Below, piece after piece: positions 45,848 through 55,253 of a stretch of DNA of 64,000 bases. The number at the start of each line of letters is the position of its first letter. Positions within the stretch are counted from its first letter, which is position 1. Source of the stretch: Clostridiales bacterium (GTDB lineage: Bacteria > Bacillota > Clostridia > Oscillospirales > Oscillospiraceae); NCBI GenBank assembly GCA_019418025.1, contig DYCR01000003.1:7438-71437 (forward strand), read 5' to 3'. Made by a program: the position numbers and the translations under genes. Below the pieces are notes generated by a model. The model worked only from the letters and a program-made list of their open reading frames with translations. It was not told the origin of the DNA and ran no database searches.

Positions 45848-46878
45848 GCCTCTGCCTCCGCATCCACCACATGGAAGGCCGCTGCCTTTTTCAGCCGGTT
45901 CTGCACCGCATAGGCAACACCGCCCCCCTCGGGGCAGCGGGCAAAGACCCGATGGATTTTGGGATCATCCAAAATCCGCAGCGCATCAAACAGCCCTGCC
46001 GACAGGGTATTCACATCCGACTCCTGCCCATAAGACAGGGGGTCGCAGTCTGCATAGAGGGGCAGCTCCTCCTCAAAGCACAGGACCCGATCACCGGACT
46101 GATAGAATTTATGGACATATTCGGCAGCCTTTTCCCGACTGCCCGAAACGATCACCACACTGGCGCAGGGGGCATAGTGGCGGTATTTCATGCCGGGGGC
46201 CTTGACCACCTTTGCCGGATCGATCTGGGCGGTGACCGCTTCGTCAATGGTCAGCTCCCCCAGAACCTCCGTCAGCTGCTCCGGCGTGATTCCGCCGGGG
46301 CGCAGCAGTCTTGCAGGCTTCTCCGTCAGATCCACGATGGTGGACTCCACCCCCACGCTGCAGGGGCCGCCGTCGATGACTGCGTCGATCCGCCCGTCGT
46401 GGTCGTGCAGCACGTGCTGCGCCGTGGTGGTGGAGGGCTTGCCGGAAATATTGGCAGAGGGCGCCGCCACCGGAACACCTGCCAGACGGATCATCTCTCT
46501 GGTGACGGGGCTGTTGGGGCAGCGGATCGCCACCGTGCTGAGCCCGCCGGTGGTGCGCTTGGGCACGATGTCCCGTGCAGGCAGGACAATGGTCAGAGGA
46601 CCGGGCCAGAATTTTTCCGCCAGAAGGTAGGCCTCCTGGGGGATATGGTGGCAGAAGCGCTCCATTTCCTCCGGCTCTGCCACATGGAGGATCAAGGGGT
46701 TATCCTGAGGGCGGCCCTTTGCCTCGAAAATTTTTGCCACCGCCTGTTCATCCAGTCCGTTGGCACCCAGACCGTAGACCGTCTCGGTGGGGATGGCGAC
46801 CAAGCCGCCCTCCCGGATGATCTTTGCCGCAGCGGATGCGGCATTTGCATCCTGCGCAGACAAACGCAAGGTATTCAT
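45844..46878 (-). CDS. tsaC: L-threonylcarbamoyladenylate synthase (Sua5/YwlC type with Sua5 C-terminal domain)
   Basis: ...GGLVAIPTETVYGLGAN...KGRPQDNPLILHV...SANISGKPS... Confidence 0.9.
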   Translation of the reverse strand: MNTLRLSAQDANAASAAAKIIREGGLVAIPTETVYGLGANGLDEQAVAKIFEAKGRPQDNPLILHVAEPEEMERFCHHIPQEAYLLAEKFWPGPLTIVLPARDIVPKRTTGGLSTVAIRCPNSPVTREMIRLAGVPVAAPSANISGKPSTTTAQHVLHDHDGRIDAVIDGGPCSVGVESTIVDLTEKPARLLRPGGITPEQLTEVLGELTIDEAVTAQIDPAKVVKAPGMKYRHYAPCASVVIVSGSREKAAEYVHKFYQSGDRVLCFEEELPLYADCDPLSYGQESDVNTLSAGLFDALRILDDPKIHRVFARCPEGGGVAYAVQNRLKKAAAFHVVDAEAEA

Positions 46879-46907
46879 GGTATGACCTTCTTTATCTTAA
46901 AAATATA

Positions 46908-47969
46908 TCAGCCCTGAGCATTTTTCAGCTTCTCTGCCTGATCGGCTGTGGCAAGGCCGTCGATGATCTCGTCCAAGGCCCCGTCCATCACCGAGTCGAT
47001 CTTGTAAAGCGTCAGACCGATGCGGTGATCGGTGACGCGGCCCTGCGGGAAATTATAGGTGCGGATGCGCTCGTTGCGCATGCCTGTGCCGATCTGGCTG
47101 CGGCGCAGCCCCGTCACCTCCGACTCCACCCGCTCCTGCTCGATCTCGTAGAGCTTGGAGGCAAGCATCCGCATACACTTTTCTCTGTTTTGCAGCTGGC
47201 TGCGCTCCTCCTGACAGGCCACCACGATGCCCGAGGGCTTGTGGATCAGCCGGACTGCGGAGCTGGTCTTGTTGACGTGCTGACCGCCGGCACCGGAGGC
47301 ACGGAACACCTGCATCTCGATGTCCGCCGGATTGATCTGCACGTCCACCTCCTCCATCTCAGGCAGCACCGCCACCGTGGCGGTGGAGGTGTGGACCCGT
47401 CCGCCGGACTCCGTCTCCGGCACACGCTGAACACGGTGGACACCGGATTCATATTTGAGTCTTGAGTACGCCCCCCGTCCGTTGATGACAAAGTCCGCTT
47501 CCTTCACGCCGCCCAGCTCGGTGTCGGAGTAGTTCAGCAGCTCCACGCTCCAGCCCTTCTGGTTGGCATACATGGAATACATCCGGAACAGGCTGTGGGC
47601 AAACAGGGCGCTCTCCTCGCCGCCCACGCCCCCGCGGATCTCCACGATAACGCTCTTGTCGTCGTTGGGGTCCTTCGGCAGGAGCAGCAGCTGAAGCTGA
47701 CGGTACAGCTCCTCCTGGCGCTGCTTGGCAGACAGGAACGTCTCCTGACAGAACTCCCGCATTTCCGGGTCGCTCATCAGCTCCTCGGCCTCTGCCTGCT
47801 CCACAATGGCGGCATTGTATTGCCGAAAGCACTCCACGATGGGCTCCAGATCATTTTTTTCACGCAGAAGCTTCGCCGCCTTTTTGGGGTCTGCGTAAAA
47901 ATCCGGCTGTTCGGACTTGGCGCAAAGCTCTTCATAACGGTTCTCCACCGCATGCAGTTTCTCCAGCAT
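46908..47969 (-). CDS. prfA: Peptide chain release factor 1
   Basis: ATG at 47969 behind GGAGAA. GGQHVNKT motif and PxT-type RF1 region. Confidence 0.93.
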   Translation of the reverse strand: MLEKLHAVENRYEELCAKSEQPDFYADPKKAAKLLREKNDLEPIVECFRQYNAAIVEQAEAEELMSDPEMREFCQETFLSAKQRQEELYRQLQLLLLPKDPNDDKSVIVEIRGGVGGEESALFAHSLFRMYSMYANQKGWSVELLNYSDTELGGVKEADFVINGRGAYSRLKYESGVHRVQRVPETESGGRVHTSTATVAVLPEMEEVDVQINPADIEMQVFRASGAGGQHVNKTSSAVRLIHKPSGIVVACQEERSQLQNREKCMRMLASKLYEIEQERVESEVTGLRRSQIGTGMRNERIRTYNFPQGRVTDHRIGLTLYKIDSVMDGALDEIIDGLATADQAEKLKNAQG

Positions 47970-48028
47970 AAATCGATTCTCCAAAAGTTTACAGTATCAA
48001 ATGCCCCGTTTCGGGCAAGGTAACATCG

Positions 48029-48829
48029 TCAGGCAAGCTTGTAGACATTCACAAGGCAGCTGGCCCGGTCGTGAAGGGTTTTCGTCTCGGAAAGCCGCTT
48101 TGCGCCCTCCGGGCCGATCCGGAACACATGGGGTGTCATGGACAGCAGGTTCTGAACCTGCTCATCATGTACCGTAAATTCAAAGGAAACAGGAATCGAC
48201 TCAACCAGACGAAAGCCCTCAAGCATGGGCACGCTGTCCTTTTCCTTCCGGTGCAGCTCCGGATAGATGATGGATTTCAGCCCCAGCAGGTGATCCTGCG
48301 CTGCCAGAACCTGAACAAAGACACCATCGGGTCTCAGTACCCGTTTGAACTCTGCCGGCAGAGTCAGGGCGAACATGCTCATCAGCAGCCCCACCTCGGC
48401 ATCCGCCACCGGAAGGTGGGCCGCGGTGCCGCAGATCCACGTGGGGCCCTTATACTGAGCCGCGGCGCACCGCACCGCCTCTTTGGAAATATCCAGACCA
48501 ACCAGCTCGGCTCCCAGAGCCTCAGCCACCCGGGTGGCGTAGTAGCCCTCGCCGCAGCCAACGTCCAGAACCGGACCGGATGCGCCGTGGGCAAGGGCCG
48601 CCGCCTTCACTGCCTCCACAATGGGGGCATAGGTCTGGGTCTGCAAAAAATCCCTGCGGGACAGCACCTGCTGACGGGTATCCCCGGGGTGGAGGGAATG
48701 CTTCTGCTGAACCACCAGCAAATTGACATACCCCTGACGGGCAAGGTCAAACCCGTGTCCGCTGCCGCAGCAATAGCTGCGCCCGACCCTTTGCAGTTTT
48801 TCTTCACATATGGGACAGATCAGCTCCAC
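48029..48829 (-). CDS. rlmA: 23S rRNA (guanine-N1)-methyltransferase, RlmA-like
   Basis: GTG start. N-terminal zinc finger CPICEE...CCGSGH. SAM motif VLDVGCGEGYY. Confidence 0.75.
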   Translation of the reverse strand: MELICPICEEKLQRVGRSYCCGSGHGFDLARQGYVNLLVVQQKHSLHPGDTRQQVLSRRDFLQTQTYAPIVEAVKAAALAHGASGPVLDVGCGEGYYATRVAEALGAELVGLDISKEAVRCAAAQYKGPTWICGTAAHLPVADAEVGLLMSMFALTLPAEFKRVLRPDGVFVQVLAAQDHLLGLKSIIYPELHRKEKDSVPMLEGFRLVESIPVSFEFTVHDEQVQNLLSMTPHVFRIGPEGAKRLSETKTLHDRASCLVNVYKLA

Positions 48830-48907
48830 GGATCTCCCTGCCTTTCTTTTTGTTATTGGTATATCATACCCTATTTTCTCCGCTTCGTCAAAGGTTTTCA
48901 GAAAGGA

Positions 48908-49594
48908 ATGAAGGTTTTGCGAAGATTTATTGCACTCATCTTAGCCGGAATCCTGTTTTGCCCCACGGTTTCGGCAAATTCCGACCGGAAATATATCGCC
49001 ATCACATTCGACGACGGTCCCTCCGGCAGGTTCACCGAGGCACTTCTGGACGGTCTGAAGGAGCGTGATGTCCACGCCACGTTCTTTCTGTGCGGCTATC
49101 GGCTGAAGGACTACCCAAAGCTTGCCGCACGCATCCATCAGGAGGGCCACGAGATCGGTCTGCACGGCTACTCCCACGACTCCATGGCACAGATGAGCGC
49201 CCAGACGGTGCGTCAGGAGCTGAAGGACACGCTGGCCCTGCTGCCCGAGGGGTGCCGGGTGCGGACCATGCGCCCGCCCGGAGGAGCCTCTGCCCCCAGT
49301 GTCCGGCAGGTCTGTCTGGAGATGGGACTTTCCATCATCACCTGGTCCGTTGACCCAAGGGACTGGGCCACCGACTGTGTATCGAAAATCGAGCAGTCAG
49401 TTATGGAGCAGGCCGCCGACGGGGACGTGATCCTGATGCACGACATGTCCGACAGCTCTGTGGAGGCGGCCCTGTATCTGGTGGATGCCCTCAGCGCTCA
49501 GGGCTATGAATTCGTCACCGTGTCTCAGCTTGCCACGCTTCAGGGCTTCCGACCGGAGCCCGGGGAGGTCTACGGCGGTTTTTTCGACAGCTGA
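48908..49594 (+). CDS. Secreted polysaccharide deacetylase (NodB/CE4)
   Basis: Internal ATG at 48908. Signal peptide MKVLRRFIALILAGILFCPTVSA. TFDDGP, HGYSH and ILMHD motifs. Confidence 0.85.
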   Translation: MKVLRRFIALILAGILFCPTVSANSDRKYIAITFDDGPSGRFTEALLDGLKERDVHATFFLCGYRLKDYPKLAARIHQEGHEIGLHGYSHDSMAQMSAQTVRQELKDTLALLPEGCRVRTMRPPGGASAPSVRQVCLEMGLSIITWSVDPRDWATDCVSKIEQSVMEQAADGDVILMHDMSDSSVEAALYLVDALSAQGYEFVTVSQLATLQGFRPEPGEVYGGFFDS

Positions 49595-49709
49595 AAAAAT
49601 AAGCATTTCTGAAAAATCCCACGGTACTTCTTGCCAACGGGTCCAAATATGGTATAATGGCTCCATATGCTGTAAAAATACCATTCCCCCCTTAAAGGAG
49701 GTGCCGTTT

Positions 49710-50600
49710 ATGCAGAAAATGCTGTTTATCATGAATCCCTGCGCCGGTGTGCGCAAGGCCAACAAATATCTGACCCAGATCCTCTCCATCTTCAATCAGG
49801 CCGGCTACGAGGTCACCGCCTACATGACCGCCGACCGAGGTGATGGCACCCAGATCGTCAAGCGCCGTCTGGCCGACCACGATCTGGTGGTCTGCGCAGG
49901 CGGTGACGGGACCCTGAACGAGATCATCAGCGGGGTCCTGTCCACGGGACTGGACCGGCCCATCGGCTATATCCCCTGCGGCTCCACCAACGACTTTGCC
50001 TCCTCGCTGAAGCTGTCGGGCAACGTCCTTCAGGCCGCCAAGGATATCGTCCGGGGCATCCCCATCACCTATGATATCGGCCGCTTCAACGACCGATATT
50101 TTTCCTATGTTGCCTCCTTCGGTGCCTTCACCAAGGCCTCCTACTCCACCCCCCAGAGCGTGAAGAACGCACTGGGGCATCTGGCCTATATCCTCGAGGG
50201 CATTCAGGAGCTGCCCCAGCTGCGCACCACCCACATGCGTGTGGTTCTGGAAAACGAAACCATCGAGGACGATTTCATCTTCGGTGCCGTCAGCAACTCC
50301 ACCTCCGTGGGGGGCATCCTGACCCTGTCCCCTGCTCAGGTGGACATGCGGGACGGGAAATTTGAGATTTTACTGGTCCGTGTGCCAAAAGATCCCATGG
50401 AGCTGCACGAGTGCATCGTGGCCCTGCGGACCCAGAAATACGACTGCGGCATGATCACCTTCCGCTCCACCCCCAGTCTGACCGTTTTCCCGGACCCGGA
50501 GATGCCCTGGACTCTGGACGGCGAGAAAGCCGACGGTCAGCCCATGATCCAGATCGACAACCTGAACCACGCCATCCGGCTGATACAGAACGGAGTGTGA
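49710..50600 (+). CDS. Diacylglycerol-kinase-family lipid kinase (DagK/YegS-like)
   Basis: AAAGGAGG RBS. MQKMLFIMNPCAGV..., GGDGTLNE motif. Confidence 0.85.
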   Translation: MQKMLFIMNPCAGVRKANKYLTQILSIFNQAGYEVTAYMTADRGDGTQIVKRRLADHDLVVCAGGDGTLNEIISGVLSTGLDRPIGYIPCGSTNDFASSLKLSGNVLQAAKDIVRGIPITYDIGRFNDRYFSYVASFGAFTKASYSTPQSVKNALGHLAYILEGIQELPQLRTTHMRVVLENETIEDDFIFGAVSNSTSVGGILTLSPAQVDMRDGKFEILLVRVPKDPMELHECIVALRTQKYDCGMITFRSTPSLTVFPDPEMPWTLDGEKADGQPMIQIDNLNHAIRLIQNGV

Positions 50601-50602
50601 CC

Positions 50603-51073
50603 ATGCGCAACACAACACTGTGCTACATCACCCAAGGGGATCAGGTGCTGATGCTGCACCGGATCAAGAAAAAGAACGACATCAACCACGACAAGTGGAT
50701 CGGCATCGGCGGCAAATTCGAGGGGGAGGAGACCCCCGACGAGTGTCTGCTGCGGGAGGCTCTGGAGGAAACGGGGCTGACCCTGACCCGATGGCAGTGC
50801 CGGGGGGTTGTGACCTTCCTGACCGAAAACCCGGGCGACTGCCAGTTTATGTACTTATTCACCGCCGACGGCTTCACCGGACAGCTGAAAGACTGCGACG
50901 AGGGGGAGCTGCAATGGATCTCCCGGGCATTTCTGGACAGCCTGCCAAAGTGGGAGGGGGACAAGATCTTTTTGGATCTTCTGTGGCAGGATGCGCCCTT
51001 TTTCCTGCTGAAGCTGCGCTACAATGGGGACCGACTGGTGGAAGCCGTCCTAAACGGCGAAAAAATTCGTTGA
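50603..51073 (+). CDS. NUDIX hydrolase (MutT/8-oxo-dGTPase-like)
   Basis: ATG 3 nt after the previous stop. Nudix box GGKFEGEETPDECLLREALEETGL. Confidence 0.85.
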   Translation: MRNTTLCYITQGDQVLMLHRIKKKNDINHDKWIGIGGKFEGEETPDECLLREALEETGLTLTRWQCRGVVTFLTENPGDCQFMYLFTADGFTGQLKDCDEGELQWISRAFLDSLPKWEGDKIFLDLLWQDAPFFLLKLRYNGDRLVEAVLNGEKIR

Positions 51074-51239
51074 TTCACACAAAAATCATCCCTCTTTTTT
51101 GTAAGGCCCTGCCGCAAATAGGCTTGACGCTTGAATATGCGTGGGGTAACATATAGGTAAGGAAAAGGATTTGCCCTCGCATACTGTCCACCTTCCGATC
51201 TGCGATCAAAAATCCACATGATGAAAGGATGAATCTGCG

Positions 51240-51671
51240 ATGACAAAAAAGAAAGCCCCCATTGTAACAGCTGCCGTATTGGTCTGCGCACTGGCTGTGG
51301 GTTCGGCACATGCCATGACGGTTTCCCCAACCATCGATCCATCCGTCCCCACGGTTTCTGCCGAGGCTCAGTCCCGTGATTTAATAATCAATTCCGGTAC
51401 GATATCTAATGGTACAGGACTGAACGAAACCTACAACTTGAGCCCCTCAAACGGCAGATATATCAATCTGTATGTAGAAAACACCGGCAGTGTGGCTATT
51501 GTCACCTCCATCAACGGGCAGGGTGATCGTACCTTCCAGCCCGGCGAAAAGGGTCATATCTCCATCACCGCCTCTTGGTATAGTCGGAACTATCAATTTA
51601 AGGCGACACCTCTTGGTGGTCAGGCTACATTCTTCTACGCAACTGCTCAGCGTGATAACCCTGTAGACTAA
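51240..51671 (+). CDS. Secreted 143-aa protein, paralog A (unknown family, beta-rich)
   Basis: Signal peptide MTKKKAPIVTAAVLVCALAVGSAHA. GAAAGGATG RBS region. Shares ...INLYVENxGSVA...RTFQPGEKGHISITASWYSRNY... with paralog B. Confidence 0.75.
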   Translation: MTKKKAPIVTAAVLVCALAVGSAHAMTVSPTIDPSVPTVSAEAQSRDLIINSGTISNGTGLNETYNLSPSNGRYINLYVENTGSVAIVTSINGQGDRTFQPGEKGHISITASWYSRNYQFKATPLGGQATFFYATAQRDNPVD

Positions 51672-51722
51672 TCACGAGCCGTTCTCCCGTTTGCCGCAGC
51701 TGCGGCAGTCCATCAAAATTTT

Positions 51723-51756
51723 GCGTGCCGGAACCTCTGTTTCGGCACGCTTTTTG
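51723..51756 (+). terminator. Intrinsic terminator of paralog A (duplicated at ~52444-52477)
   Basis: GCGTGCCG-GAACCTCTGTT-TCGGCACGC followed by TTTTTG. Confidence 0.7.
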
Positions 51757-51957
51757 TTGCAATCAGGGGAAAAACGGAGAAAAATCGTTGATTTACACAA
51801 AAATCGCCCCTCTTTTTTGTAAGGCCCTGCCGCAAATAGGCTTGACGCTTGAATATGCGTGGGGTAACATATAGGTAAGGAAAAGGATTTGCCCTCGCAT
51901 ACTGTCCACCTTCCGATCTGCGATCAAAAATCCACATGATGAAAGGATGAATCTGCG

Positions 51958-52392
51958 ATGACAAAAAAGAAAGCCCCCATTATGGCATCTGCCGTATTGG
52001 TCTGCGCACTGGCTGTGGGTTCGGCACACGCCATGACGGTTTCCCCAACCATCGATTCGGCTGTCCCCACGGTTTCTGCCGAGGTACAGCACCGAGATTT
52101 AGAACTCGGTTCCGGTACCATATACGACAACGGAAACGGGTGGAAAGATTATTATAAGCTGAGTCCCGACAATGGTAAGTATATCAACCTGTATGTGGAA
52201 AACCTCGGCAGCGTGGCCGTCGTTGCCTCCATCAACGACCAGAGCAAGCGTACCTTCCAACCCGGCGAAAAGGGTCATATCTCCATCACCGCCTCTTGGT
52301 ACAGTCGAAACTATGAATTCAAGATCTCACCTCTCGGTGGTGATGCCACATTCTTCTATGCAATGGCTCAGCGCGATAACCCTGTCCCCTAA
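51958..52392 (+). CDS. Secreted 144-aa protein, paralog B
   Basis: Same signal peptide and C-terminal half as paralog A. The region AEVQHRDLELGSGTIYDNGNGWKDYYKLSPDNGKY has diverged. Confidence 0.75.
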   Translation: MTKKKAPIMASAVLVCALAVGSAHAMTVSPTIDSAVPTVSAEVQHRDLELGSGTIYDNGNGWKDYYKLSPDNGKYINLYVENLGSVAVVASINDQSKRTFQPGEKGHISITASWYSRNYEFKISPLGGDATFFYAMAQRDNPVP

Positions 52393-52558
52393 TCACGAGC
52401 CGTTCTCCCGTTTGCCGCAGCTGCGGCAGTCCATCAAAATTTTGCGTGCCGGAACCTCTGTTTCGGCACGCTTTTTGTTGCAATCAGGGGCAAAAAGCGG
52501 TATGATATCCTTACATTATCATTGATGTGTCACCGTGCATTGAAGGAGGACTTTTGCA

Positions 52559-54490
52559 ATGAATCAGACGGAAGCACGTGAACAATATAACCGAGCCCTC
52601 CGGATGGGCAAATCCGAGGCCAGAGAACGTCTCATGAAGGGTCAGGACCCCAATCCGGCTGTTCTTGATGATATGATCAGCGATGCCCTTGCAGAATCCA
52701 GTCAGTATGTCGGATTAGTGGACATTCCCGTTGAGCGGATCGTCGGCACCAAGACCGCAGGGCGGATCACCGCTTTCACCGCCGGATTTTTGCCGCTTCT
52801 GGATATCAAATCCGAGTTCGCAGTGAAGTGGATCAGCCTCTGCATGGCCCACATGACCGACGAGGGCATCCGTGACCCCATCACCTGCTATGAGTATCTG
52901 GGCAATTTCTATGTGCAGGAGGGCAACAAGCGGGTCAGCGTGCTGAAATACTACGGCGCGTCCCGCATCCCCGGCATTGTCCACCGGATCGTCCCGCCCC
53001 TGAGCGAGGATCTGCGGGTCCGGGCCTATTACGAATTTCTGGATTTTTACAAGGCCACCAAGATCTATGATGTCCAGTTCACCCAGCCCGGGCAGTATGC
53101 CAAGCTGATCAGTGCCATCGGCCTGCCCATGGGCGAGCCTTGGGCCGAGGAGGACCGCCGCCGGTTCCGTGCCTATTTCCAGTATTTCAAGGAAGCCTTT
53201 TACGAGCTGGGCGGTGCCTCCCTGTACAGCCAGCCCGAGGATGCCCTGCTGCTGTGGCTGGAGCTTTACAGCTATCTGGATCTGGGCAAAATGTCCACAA
53301 GCGAGCTGAAAACCTCCTTGCAGGAGATGTGGGACAACGTCATCGCCATGGACTCCCCCATCCCCGTGGTCTCCACCGAGGTCCCTGCCGACCCCAAGGC
53401 CGGCTTCTTCAGCAAGATGATCCGCAAGGACTGCATCCATGTGGCATTCATCCACCAACGGACCGTGGAGACAAGCCCCTGGACCATGGCCCACGATGCC
53501 GGCAGACAGCATCTGGAGAAGGCTCTGGGCAAGCAGGTATCGGTGCAGAGCTGCTTCGGGGCCGACACCCCCGAGCTTGCCGAGCAGATGATGGAGCAGG
53601 CCATCGAATCAGGAGCCGACGTGATCTTTGCCACCACGCCTCCTCTGATTGCCCCCTGCCTGAAGATCTCGGTGAAATACCCCCACGTGAAGGTCCTCAA
53701 CTGCTCGGTGCATATGCCCTATTCCACCGTCCGCACCTATTACAGCCGGGTCTATGAGGGCAAATTCATCACCGGTGCCATTGCCGGAGCCATGGCCAAA
53801 AACGACCGGATCGGCTATGTAGGCTCCTACCCCATCCACGGTGTCCCCGCCGCCATCAATGCCTTTGCCTTGGGCGCGCTGATGACCAATCCCCGGGCAA
53901 GGATCGAGCTGAAATGGTCCTGCCTGCCCGGCAACCCCACCGAGGAATTTTTGCAGGAGGGCATTCGGGTGATCTCCAATCGGGACACCCCCGTACAGGA
54001 CCGCCTGTTCACCGACTCCGGCACCTATATGGTCAATGACGACGGCACCTTCGTATCTTTGGGCTCCCCCACGTGGATGTGGGGCAAGTTCTATGAAAAC
54101 GTGGTGCGATCCATGCTCAACGGCGCATGGGACGGCGAAAAGGCCGGAAAGATCGTCAACTACTGGTGGGGCATGAGCAGCGGCGTCATTGACATCGCTT
54201 TGGGTGACGAGCTGCCCGACGGCGTCCGCACCCTTGCCACCATGCTGCGCACAGGGCTGCGTCAGGGCATGATCGACCCGTTTTTCCGCAAGATCGTCGC
54301 ACAGGACGGCACCGTCATCAACGACGGCAGCCGCACCCTCTCCCCGGATGACCTGCTGCATATGGACTGGCTGTGTGAAAATGTCCACGGCTCCATTCCC
54401 CGATATGAGGAGGTCCTCCCCATTTCCCGTCCCATGGTCAAGCTTTTGGGGGTGTTCCCCCCGGAAAATCCTGAGGAGGTGACCCCGTGA
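52559..54490 (+). CDS. Cytoplasmic fusion: ParB/Srx-like N-terminal domain + BMP (PnrA-like) ligand-binding domain, no signal peptide
   Basis: N-terminus ...VGLVDIPVERIVGT...DPITCYEYLGNFYVQEGNKRVSVLKY (ParB-like DGNHR-type motif). C-terminal half IHVAFIHQ...ADVIFATT...GYVGSYPIHGV... is BMP-like. Hydrophilic N-terminus. Confidence 0.65.
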   Translation: MNQTEAREQYNRALRMGKSEARERLMKGQDPNPAVLDDMISDALAESSQYVGLVDIPVERIVGTKTAGRITAFTAGFLPLLDIKSEFAVKWISLCMAHMTDEGIRDPITCYEYLGNFYVQEGNKRVSVLKYYGASRIPGIVHRIVPPLSEDLRVRAYYEFLDFYKATKIYDVQFTQPGQYAKLISAIGLPMGEPWAEEDRRRFRAYFQYFKEAFYELGGASLYSQPEDALLLWLELYSYLDLGKMSTSELKTSLQEMWDNVIAMDSPIPVVSTEVPADPKAGFFSKMIRKDCIHVAFIHQRTVETSPWTMAHDAGRQHLEKALGKQVSVQSCFGADTPELAEQMMEQAIESGADVIFATTPPLIAPCLKISVKYPHVKVLNCSVHMPYSTVRTYYSRVYEGKFITGAIAGAMAKNDRIGYVGSYPIHGVPAAINAFALGALMTNPRARIELKWSCLPGNPTEEFLQEGIRVISNRDTPVQDRLFTDSGTYMVNDDGTFVSLGSPTWMWGKFYENVVRSMLNGAWDGEKAGKIVNYWWGMSSGVIDIALGDELPDGVRTLATMLRTGLRQGMIDPFFRKIVAQDGTVINDGSRTLSPDDLLHMDWLCENVHGSIPRYEEVLPISRPMVKLLGVFPPENPEEVTP

Positions 54491-55152
54491 AGATACTCGC
54501 AGTTGCAGACGAAGAATGTAACGCCCTGTGGGACCACTATGTCCCCGGGCGGCTGAAGGACTATGACCTGATCCTGTCATGCGGGGATCTGAAGCCCTCC
54601 TACCTGTCGTTTCTGGTGACCATGGCCCGGTGCCCTGTGATGTATGTCCACGGCAACCACGACACCAGCTACGAGCGCAATCCTCCGGAGGGCTGCGACT
54701 GCATCGACGGCAAGCTCGTCACTTACAAGGGTCTGCGGATTCTGGGTCTGGGCGGATGCTATAAATACCGCCCCGGGCCGTTTCAGTACACCGAAAGCCA
54801 GATGCGTAAGCAGATCCGCAAGCTCAAGCGCAAGATCAAGCGGGCAGGCGGCGTGGATATCGTGGTCACCCATGCGCCGCCTCTGGGCGTGGGGGATGCC
54901 GAGGACCCGGCTCATCGGGGCTTTCAGGCATTTCTGGACCTGATCGACACCTACCACCCCACCTATCTGCTCCACGGTCATGTGCATCTGAGCTATGACC
55001 ACACCATTCAGCGGGAAAAGGAATATCACGGCACCAAGGTCATCAACACCTGTGAGCGGTTCGTGCTGGATGTGCCGGACCCACAAATCACCACCACAAA
55101 AATGCAGGAATTTTGTGATACATTTATGCGTCTTTCCGGAAAAACATATTGA
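54487..55152 (+). CDS. Calcineurin-like metallophosphoesterase
   Basis: GTGA start/stop overlap with the upstream gene. Motifs AVAD, GDL, GNHD, THAPP, HGHVH. Confidence 0.8.
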   Translation: MKILAVADEECNALWDHYVPGRLKDYDLILSCGDLKPSYLSFLVTMARCPVMYVHGNHDTSYERNPPEGCDCIDGKLVTYKGLRILGLGGCYKYRPGPFQYTESQMRKQIRKLKRKIKRAGGVDIVVTHAPPLGVGDAEDPAHRGFQAFLDLIDTYHPTYLLHGHVHLSYDHTIQREKEYHGTKVINTCERFVLDVPDPQITTTKMQEFCDTFMRLSGKTY

Positions 55153-55177
55153 CAAATCTGTTTTTTAGGGATATAAT
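55149..55177 (+). promoter_or_regulatory. Consensus promoter of rpsF-ssb-rpsR
   Basis: TTGACA (55149-55154), 17-nt spacer, TATAAT (55172-55177). Confidence 0.8.
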
Positions 55178-55253
55178 GAGTCAGTCTATGAATAGACAAT
55201 CCTTGCTCCCAGTGTGCCTGGGGGCCAAACGTCCAAAAGGAGGTGCAAACAAC

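Larger units (their letters stand above)
51059..52497 (+). repeat. Tandem duplication (two units, period ~718-721 bp), each with promoter, ~100-nt leader, a 143/144-aa secreted-protein gene and a terminator
   Basis: 51059-51776 versus 51777-52497. The non-coding flanks are almost identical by eye, while the central coding parts differ at many positions. Confidence 0.9.
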
